A DNA stretch of 40,134 nucleotides from Chrysochromulina tobinii (taxonomy: Eukaryota): the NCBI GenBank assembly GCA_001275005.1, contig JWZX01003149.1, positions 1-40,134 on the forward strand, written 5' to 3'. The stretch's first letter is position 1. Every line of letters starts with the position of its first letter. Shown piece by piece: positions 33,628-40,134 of this stretch. The notes under the pieces are model-generated. The model was given only the letters and a program-made list of their open reading frames with translations, did no database searches and was not told the origin of the DNA. Position numbers and translations under genes: made by a program.

Positions 33628-35514
33628 ATGAAACGTTTTGCCCCTGTTGAAAAAGACTCCTCATCTGTGACCCTCTTGCCGCAAGCGCACGCGCCAGCCG
33701 ATATGTCATCCACATTGCCGACACCCCTCGTCTGCCGCAAACGCGCACGCCAGCCCGCGGGCTCGCCTACGGACGAGGTGCCACTTGAACGGATCCCGAC
33801 CGCATCCATGATCGAAATGAATCGGACCAAGAATATTGCCGACCGAGTGCACAGGGTAATCAAGATTGAGCCACTACTCCAGGCAGTCATCGACACCGCT
33901 CAGTTCCAGCGACTACGCGAGCTCAAGCAGCTTGGCAATGCAACACACGTGTGGCCGACAGCCACGCACAGCCGTTTCGAGCACTCGCTCGGCGTGGCGC
34001 ACCTTGCGGGGCGGGTGTGCGAGACCATCCTGGAGCAGGCACAGCGGGGCGAACTGCCTGATGATATCGAGCCGCCAAGCGACCGCGATGTACTGTGCGT
34101 CAGACTGGCCGGCCTCGTGCACGACCTCGGCCACGGCCCCTTCAGCCACGTGTTTGATGGCCACGTTGTCCCCGGTGCCAGGAAGCTGGCGGTGTGCACG
34201 TGCAAGAAGGAGCCAAGTACGTGCGTCAAGTGCGCCCTTGAAAGGCACTCGCACGAAAAGATGTCCATCCGGATGCTCGCGCACATGGTCGAGCAAAACC
34301 CGCACCTGCGTGGGCACTATGGGCTGCAGCTTGGGCCGGGAGAACCCGATTTCCGTTTCGTCGAGGAGCTCGTGCTCGGCGACGAGCTCGAGGGAGGCGT
34401 CGCGAGCCGGCGTGGCGTGCCGCTCGCGTCCAAGGGCTATCTGTACGAGATCGTGAACAACACCGAGAGCGGCCTCGACGTCGACAAGCTCGACTATCTG
34501 CTTCGCGACCCGCAGGCGTGCAACGACCACAAGCCGTCCTTTTACATCGACACGCTGCTCGAGGGGCTCAAAGTCTGCTGGGGCAAGTTTCCTGGCGTGC
34601 GCGCGCGCCGGCCTGTGATCGCGTACGCCTCCAAGGTCGCCTCGGAAGTGCACAAGGTGTTCCGTACGCGCTTCGACTTCCACAACGAGTACTACACGCA
34701 CAAGACGGTGCAAGGGCGCGACCTCGTGCTGACCGACCTGCTGCTCGCGTGCGATGAGGTTGGCGAGCCATTGAATGCTAACGGCCAGTCGTACCGCATC
34801 GGTGAGGCGGTGCGCGTGCTCGAAGTGTACGAGAAGCTCAACGACCATGTCGTCACCATGGTCGAGCAGTGGCTGTGCGTACAGGAGGACCAACTCGCCG
34901 ACGCCGAGCGGCCCGACTCGAAAATCGACGAGACTGAACGCGCCCGTTACCTGAAACTGGGCCCTCGCATCCGACGAATCCGCAAGCTACTTCGCTTCTG
35001 GAGCGCGCACGGACACTACAAGTGCCTGCACCAGCGGCTGTGCACCGATGAAGAGCTGAAGCTTCCGAAGGGCGCGCTGCGCGAGCGGCTGGCTGAGGAG
35101 CAGAGCCGTCTGAGAGTGCAAACGCGCGAGCCCTCGCTGCATGTTGAGCCGCTGCACTTGCACTACGGTCATCCAAGTGACAAGGGGCGCTACCCACTCA
35201 ACGAAATTTGCTTCTTCGACAAGAGCGACAGCAAGGACAACGAGGTGCAGCCTGGCCCGCCCACACACCTCGGGCGCTCTCGTACCAACGGCTCTTTTGA
35301 GGATAAGTATGTGCGCTACTACGCGCGTGACGTGGACCTGTGCCAGGACAAGGTGCGGCTGTGCCGGCTGCAGCAAATGGTTAAGCAGCAGCTTGACAAG
35401 GGCAAGGCCCCGTGTGGGCACGCGAGCCCGTGCGGGGGCAGCGGCAGTGACGACCGCCCCGACCAGACCGACGAGACGCAGCCCGGGGGCACCGGTATCG
35501 TCGACGCTGAATGA
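33628..35514 (+). CDS. SAMHD1: SAMHD1-like HD-domain dNTP triphosphohydrolase (no SAM domain)
   Basis: IDTAQFQRLRELKQLG (allosteric-site motif), HSRFEHSLGV, LVHDLGHGPFSHVFD, HEKMS, YEIVNN..LDVDKLDYLLRD, RFDFHNEYYTHK: the His-His-Asp-Asp metal ligands are all present. N-terminal RKRAR..SP resembles an NLS. Start is 33628 or 33703. Confidence 0.92.
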   Translation: MKRFAPVEKDSSSVTLLPQAHAPADMSSTLPTPLVCRKRARQPAGSPTDEVPLERIPTASMIEMNRTKNIADRVHRVIKIEPLLQAVIDTAQFQRLRELKQLGNATHVWPTATHSRFEHSLGVAHLAGRVCETILEQAQRGELPDDIEPPSDRDVLCVRLAGLVHDLGHGPFSHVFDGHVVPGARKLAVCTCKKEPSTCVKCALERHSHEKMSIRMLAHMVEQNPHLRGHYGLQLGPGEPDFRFVEELVLGDELEGGVASRRGVPLASKGYLYEIVNNTESGLDVDKLDYLLRDPQACNDHKPSFYIDTLLEGLKVCWGKFPGVRARRPVIAYASKVASEVHKVFRTRFDFHNEYYTHKTVQGRDLVLTDLLLACDEVGEPLNANGQSYRIGEAVRVLEVYEKLNDHVVTMVEQWLCVQEDQLADAERPDSKIDETERARYLKLGPRIRRIRKLLRFWSAHGHYKCLHQRLCTDEELKLPKGALRERLAEEQSRLRVQTREPSLHVEPLHLHYGHPSDKGRYPLNEICFFDKSDSKDNEVQPGPPTHLGRSRTNGSFEDKYVRYYARDVDLCQDKVRLCRLQQMVKQQLDKGKAPCGHASPCGGSGSDDRPDQTDETQPGGTGIVDAE

Positions 35515-35747
35515 CGGGTCTCAGATTCAATTTTCCTTGACGGTCAGTATGTGTTTTGAACACCGCGTGGTTCATTATCATAACTGTCCTGTCCCGAGCA
35601 TGCGCGCAATGCGACTCAGGAGCGCTCAACTTGACGCCTTTTCGATTTCGTTTGCTCTCGCGTGAACGCGGTCATAACGCGCGGATCCTGGACACGCAAG
35701 TCGCGCCGCGAGTCCCTACGTCCTCCTGCCTCTTCGGCCGCGGGGTA

Positions 35748-36762
35748 ATGTCCGCCTCCCTCCTGTGCCACCGCGACGCGCTCACGATCGCCGCACACAG
35801 CACGTGCCCAAGCAGCAACTGGCACACGCGCATCGCGCCGCTGATCTTGTCGCCGGAAATGGTGATGTTGAACGTTGGCGCGAACAAGGGCTTCAACTTG
35901 CTTGAGTTTGCGCAGCGCTATTCGGTCACGCCAAGCAATCTGACGCACCAAAAGTGGTACAACCTGCTGGTCGAAAACGGCTGCAAATCGCAGTGCTGTG
36001 GTGTCTGTCGCCTGTGCAAGGCTCGGCCCATCTCGCGGCAGGCAACGGCGAGCCTGAAACTGCACGCCTTTGAGCTACAACCTGCGAATGCAGCTTTGCT
36101 CCGACGCATGATGACCGCGACGGGTCTGCCGGTCATGATTCACAGCACAGCGGTGTCCAACTTCACGGGCACGGTCTACACGGCAGCTACCGTCGTCGCT
36201 GGATCCGAATCGTTCGGACTCAAGCACAAGCAAAGCAAGAACGACGTCGCCCAGCCCGTGACCACCATTGACGCATTCCTCAAAACAACTGGAATCGAGC
36301 GCGTTCATCTTGTCAGCATCGACACAGAGGGTACATACAACCGTCCACGCGTCCTTGCCCACCCTAATCGTGTGTTGTTCAGCACTGTCTTCCGGCCACG
36401 TTGCATCTCATCAATCACCCGCACTCGTCGCAGGTGAGGACCCACTCGTCATGATGGGCATGGTTCAGGCCCTTTCTGCGCATCGCGTCGAAGTGGTCGA
36501 GTTCGAATACAACCGAAAGTGGAAGGTAACTATGAAGGACCCTCGGCCTGTTGGCCCGTTCGTCGAGTGGATGCGGCAGCTGGGATACACGTGCTTCTGG
36601 CAAGGAAACCATGGTGCACTTGCTCAGATGTCGGCGCCTTGCTTCGTCGAGGAGACACGCACTCGGTTTGGGTTTGCGCGAAGCAATGGTGTCTGCGCCT
36701 ATCGCGAGGATGTCGTGGCTGCGTTCCGAGATTGCCAGCGCACCTCGTCGTGCTCTTCGTAA
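35748..36762 (+). CDS. FkbM-family SAM-dependent methyltransferase; two exons, intron 36331-36433
   Basis: LNVGANKG and LHAFE motifs. Splicing GAG G|GTAC..CGCAG|GT GAG restores SIDTEGEDPLV, followed by EFEY and LGYTCF. First in-frame ATG is 35748. Confidence 0.85.
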
Positions 36763-37055
36763 ATGGTCAGAAACGAGCATCGCAAAGCCTCACTTCCTGT
36801 GTGAGGACTCACGCCGAGCGTCGGTGCAAGTCGTGGGCTCGCGGCGATTCGACCCCCCCGACCGCCGACGTACAATCTTCTGTCAGCTGTACCGGTACGT
36901 ACTTCCTCCCCGGCGAGTCAGACATTAGCAAGCGGTGTGTCAGGGGTAGGTGCACTGATAGGTCACCCGACGTGCAACGCTAGGTTAGGCGGCCGATCGG
37001 GGCCCATTCACAGGAAAGTTACCGGTACAGTACAGTACGGTCCGTGCATCATGCG

Positions 37056-38387
37056 ATGGCGGCCCGAGAGCGAGCTCTCGGCCAGGACGAGGTGAGCAGC
37101 ATCGTGTCGTACCTCGATGTCATCGACGACCTGGCGGCGGCGGCGGCTGTGAGCGTCTTATGGCGCAGTGAAGTTCTACCCAAGCTCATCCATGCTCGCG
37201 GGCTCCGTCCAGCAGATGGAGCTAACGTGATTGCAAACGGAGGCCGGCTCAAGATCAAAGAGCCCACCTTCGTGACAATGCTGCCCGATGGCGACCTGGC
37301 CATCTCCGAATCGAGCCTCCACCGCGTGTTGATCTTTGCGCCCGACGGCCGACGACGGCGAGCCATTGGCAGCTTTGGGTACGCAAGCCGAGAGGAGGAC
37401 CTCGTGGGCAAACCTCTCGCGCTTAATTACCCAAAGGGACTAGTCGCCTCGTGCGACGGTCGATACCTGTACATCGCCGATCGTAGTAACCACCGAGTGC
37501 TCAAGACCTTGCTTAGTGATGGCACTGTTGTCGCCCAGGCTGGTGGGCGCGGCATGGGCATCCAACGTGGCCATTTCAGATACCCGCAGGGCTTGGCGCT
37601 CGCGACGTCGGCGGCGCACGGCGCGACGCTATTCGTGAGCGACTTTGGGAACGATCGCGTCGTCGTTCTCGATGCGGAGACCCTCGCTTGGCGGCACGAG
37701 CTCAAAGACGAGGTACGGCTCGCACTACCTGCCGGTCTCGCCGCCAGCCGCACGGAGCTCTTCGTCGTCGACGCGTCCAACTTCATGGTGCATGTGTTCG
37801 ACCTCGAGGCAGCGTGCGGCGTGGCGCAGGGCGTATCCTGCTTGCGCTCGCTCGGCTGCCGTGGTAACGATCCCGGCGAGCTTGAGTTTCCGTGGGGCGT
37901 TGCGGCCGACCCAAACTGCGATCGTATCCTGATCGGCGAGGGCGCCGCGTCGGGCGGCCGTTACGGGCGCGTGCAAGTGCTCTGCGCGCAGACAGGCGCG
38001 AGTCTGCAAGTGGTGACGCTCCCTGGCCAGTCGCGCGTGAGTGGCCTGTGGACAGACGGTCGGCACGTACTCGCCGTTGACCACGACTGCAGGGCCATCC
38101 GCATGATGACGACTGCGTGGCCGGCACGGGGTAGCACGACCGCAGCAACTCCCGTTCCAGCGGTGGCAGCAGCGACGGTCGAACACACCATCGTGGGCAT
38201 CTGCGCGACTAGCAGTGGCCTCGAGCCACGACTCGAGGCCAGTGCGGTGTTGAGGCAGCTAGGCGACGAGACCGGTGGAGAGGAGACACCGAGACGAGAG
38301 GGCAGCAGCAGCAGCGCGCGGCCACCGGACTGCAGTGACCGGTCGGGAGGTACGGAACTCGGCGAGGCGGGCTGTCGTGATACGTGA
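37056..38387 (+). CDS. F-box-like plus NHL-repeat beta-propeller protein
   Basis: N-terminal LGQDEVSSIVSYLDVIDDLAAAAAVSVLWR (F-box pattern). NHL blades LNYPKGL..LYIADRSNHRV, FRYPQGL..LFVSDFGNDRV, LALPAGL..LFVVD, LEFPWGVA. First ATG is 37056. Confidence 0.85.
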   Translation: MAARERALGQDEVSSIVSYLDVIDDLAAAAAVSVLWRSEVLPKLIHARGLRPADGANVIANGGRLKIKEPTFVTMLPDGDLAISESSLHRVLIFAPDGRRRRAIGSFGYASREEDLVGKPLALNYPKGLVASCDGRYLYIADRSNHRVLKTLLSDGTVVAQAGGRGMGIQRGHFRYPQGLALATSAAHGATLFVSDFGNDRVVVLDAETLAWRHELKDEVRLALPAGLAASRTELFVVDASNFMVHVFDLEAACGVAQGVSCLRSLGCRGNDPGELEFPWGVAADPNCDRILIGEGAASGGRYGRVQVLCAQTGASLQVVTLPGQSRVSGLWTDGRHVLAVDHDCRAIRMMTTAWPARGSTTAATPVPAVAAATVEHTIVGICATSSGLEPRLEASAVLRQLGDETGGEETPRREGSSSSARPPDCSDRSGGTELGEAGCRDT

Positions 38388-38943
38388 AATTTATTTGAAC
38401 GCACCTCCGCTCCCCGGCCGCGGCCCCGGCGCCCGGGCAGACGGCTTCGGCACCGGTACGGGAATACGGTATACAATACGACGTATACCAGCTCGGATCG
38501 TTCAGATATATGACTCAGCTCGGGGGATTTTCTTTTTTTATTTAAACGCAGTCACGCGATGGTCGTTACGGATAATGTTTGCCCACGACGGCGCTCGGGG
38601 GCCGTTGTGGGTATTTAAAAGTCTTTACAACGCCCGTTAAGTGTGGCGGGGTTGTTTTAGACCCGTAGAGGGGTCAGCCCAAAAAATCGACTTTTTGAAA
38701 CGTCACGATCTGACAGCATGCGACATACCCACGTGTAGAGCACACTCAGGGGATCACAATGCACCATGGTACACTGTCAGGGTCATCCTCTTTGAGGAAT
38801 TACATGCATGTAACATGCTAATTTTTTTAGGGCTCAGGCACATAGCAGACAGCACGTGCCTGACCGCGGCGGAGATGGCAGAGGCGGCAGCGATGGCGGC
38901 GGTGATGGCTGCGGCAGCGGTGCTATCGGCGGCGGAGGCGATG

Positions 38944-40134
38944 CTATCGATGGTGGCGATGGCGGCTGCAGTGGTGGAAGGAGCGGCGATAGCAACGGCA
39001 GCAGCAGCAGCAACGGCTGTCGGGTGGTGATGGTAGCGGCGGCGGCAAGGGCGGCAGCGGCGTGAGCGGCGGCAGCGAGGGCGGCAACAGCGAGATTGAT
39101 TGGCCGTTCACATCGAACCCCATAGAAGACCAAAAATGCACGACGATGGCATCGTAAGGACCGTTCCCAAAATCAATCACGCGATCCCCCGAAGAGCCTA
39201 TCCGCGTGCGGTAGACCCACGCGCAGAGCGTGAACCCAAGCCCCCCGCCGACGAGTCCGGTGCGCGACGTGGCCGTCAAGTAGGAGGTCGCCGCCCCGGT
39301 GAAGGTGTATGCGCCGCCGACGGCGCACGGAGAAGCCGGCGGCAGCGACGGCGGCGACGGCGGCGACGGCGGTGGCAGGAAGGGCGAGGGCGGCGGCGGC
39401 GGGCTCGGATCGGGCGATGGCGGTGGCGGCGGTGGCGGCGAGGGTGGTGGAGGCGGTGATGGTTCGGGCGGCTGGGGGGAAGGCGGCGGCGGCGGCGAAA
39501 ATGGAGGTCGAGGAGGAGATGACGGCGGCAGCAACGGCGGCGGCGGTGGAGAAGAAAACATGCGCACTTCGGCAAGGTTGAGGAGACGCCATGTCCCTGG
39601 CAGCACGATGGTCACATAGGTTCCACTGAGATCCCTCTGGCAGTCGAATGTGAACGGTCCGGCCTTTGCTGGGACTATCTGATTACCCACGACGCATGCT
39701 TGCGATGTAGCTGAGTTGTAGTCTCCTGGCGATGCACCGACCCATATTTGGAAGGGCGACAGGCGATCCTGGCAGCAGTCGCCGCGATTCATGATCCACA
39801 CAAGCCGTACAGCTTGTTGGCCTGAGATCTGAATCGACAACCACGGATTGGCCTCATCGTTGGTGTGGCACATATCTGAGGCCAGGTCATTGATGCAGAA
39901 CGAGGCCGGAGTATGGGTGGAGCTCATGCTGGCACTCAGACGTGGGATCGCTGGCATGCTGGCCAGGGGAGGGGCCGGCGGCAGCGAGGGTGGCGGCGAC
40001 GGCGGCGACGGGGGTGACGGAGGCGGCGGCAGCCACGGCGGCGGCGGCGGCGACGGCGGCGATGGCGGCGGCGCTGCCCCGCACCACGTGCGCATCATCG
40101 AGATGAGCGGCGCTGGCGTGCTCGGCAGGCCGCC
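38944..40134 (-). CDS. 5'-partial Pro-rich extracellular protein with F5/8-type-C (discoidin/fucolectin-like) domain and truncated LamG/concanavalin-like domain
   Basis: Frame open to the window edge. CHTNDEANPWLSI..V.IMNRGDCCQDRL..YVTIVLPG..LNLAEV (discoidin-like), SPPPP linkers, FTLCAWVYR..RVIDFGNG (LamG-like start). The 3' end is ragged, so an unresolved intron or decay is possible. Confidence 0.7.
   Translation of the reverse strand, partial: GGLPSTPAPLISMMRTWCGAAPPPSPPSPPPPPWLPPPPSPPSPPSPPPSLPPAPPLASMPAIPRLSASMSSTHTPASFCINDLASDMCHTNDEANPWLSIQISGQQAVRLVWIMNRGDCCQDRLSPFQIWVGASPGDYNSATSQACVVGNQIVPAKAGPFTFDCQRDLSGTYVTIVLPGTWRLLNLAEVRMFSSPPPPPLLPPSSPPRPPFSPPPPPSPQPPEPSPPPPPSPPPPPPPSPDPSPPPPPSPFLPPPSPPSPPSLPPASPCAVGGAYTFTGAATSYLTATSRTGLVGGGLGFTLCAWVYRTRIGSSGDRVIDFGNGPYDAIVVHFWSSMGFDVNGQSISLLPPSLPPLTPLPPLPPPLPSPPDSRCCCCCRCYRRSFHHCSRHRHHR

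Noticed and set aside
36830..36920. tRNA-like sequence on the minus strand (GGTCGAATC T-loop-like motif)
   Set aside because: No convincing D-arm, mismatched acceptor and T stems, and an oversized anticodon loop. At most a degenerate relic; tRNAscan-SE would settle it.
1..40134. Prokaryotic defence island or prophage interpretation
   Set aside because: Spliceosomal introns, homeobox and F-box genes and the lack of operon structure indicate a eukaryotic nuclear locus; no integrase, transposase or viral hallmark genes were recognised.

Overview
GC-rich eukaryotic genomic DNA, not prokaryotic: it has GT-AG spliceosomal introns, a homeobox gene, an F-box gene and poly-Q/poly-P tracts. Gene style and a TGATGACC(T/A)C-repeat intron suggest a haptophyte alga (Chrysochromulina/Prymnesiales-like); this is an inference. 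About 12 protein genes: SGNH hydrolase, homeodomain factor, GST, small 2-TM protein, RNI-like LRR protein, ricin-B lectin fusion, Pro/Glu/Ala-rich coiled-coil protein, a giant NLR-like gene, SAMHD1-like dNTPase, FkbM methyltransferase, F-box/NHL protein and a partial Pro-rich discoidin/LamG protein. Three things are not visible in the ORF track. (1) The two largest ORFs splice in frame across a 280-bp intron made of four 70-bp units into one ~6,360-aa protein: IQ-IQ, Tpt1/KptA NAD-dependent phosphotransferase, kinase-like domain, then three serial pre-domain/NACHT/LRR modules (the third degenerate). It lies head-to-head with the SAMHD1-like dNTPase gene, making a candidate algal innate-immunity locus. 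(2) The GST has an in-frame TGA exactly at the catalytic Cys of the CPYAQR motif and a SECIS-like hairpin in its 3' UTR, so it is probably a selenoprotein. (3) The first 260 bp almost completely lack CpA/TpG. All domain calls come from reading motifs by eye; no searches were run.
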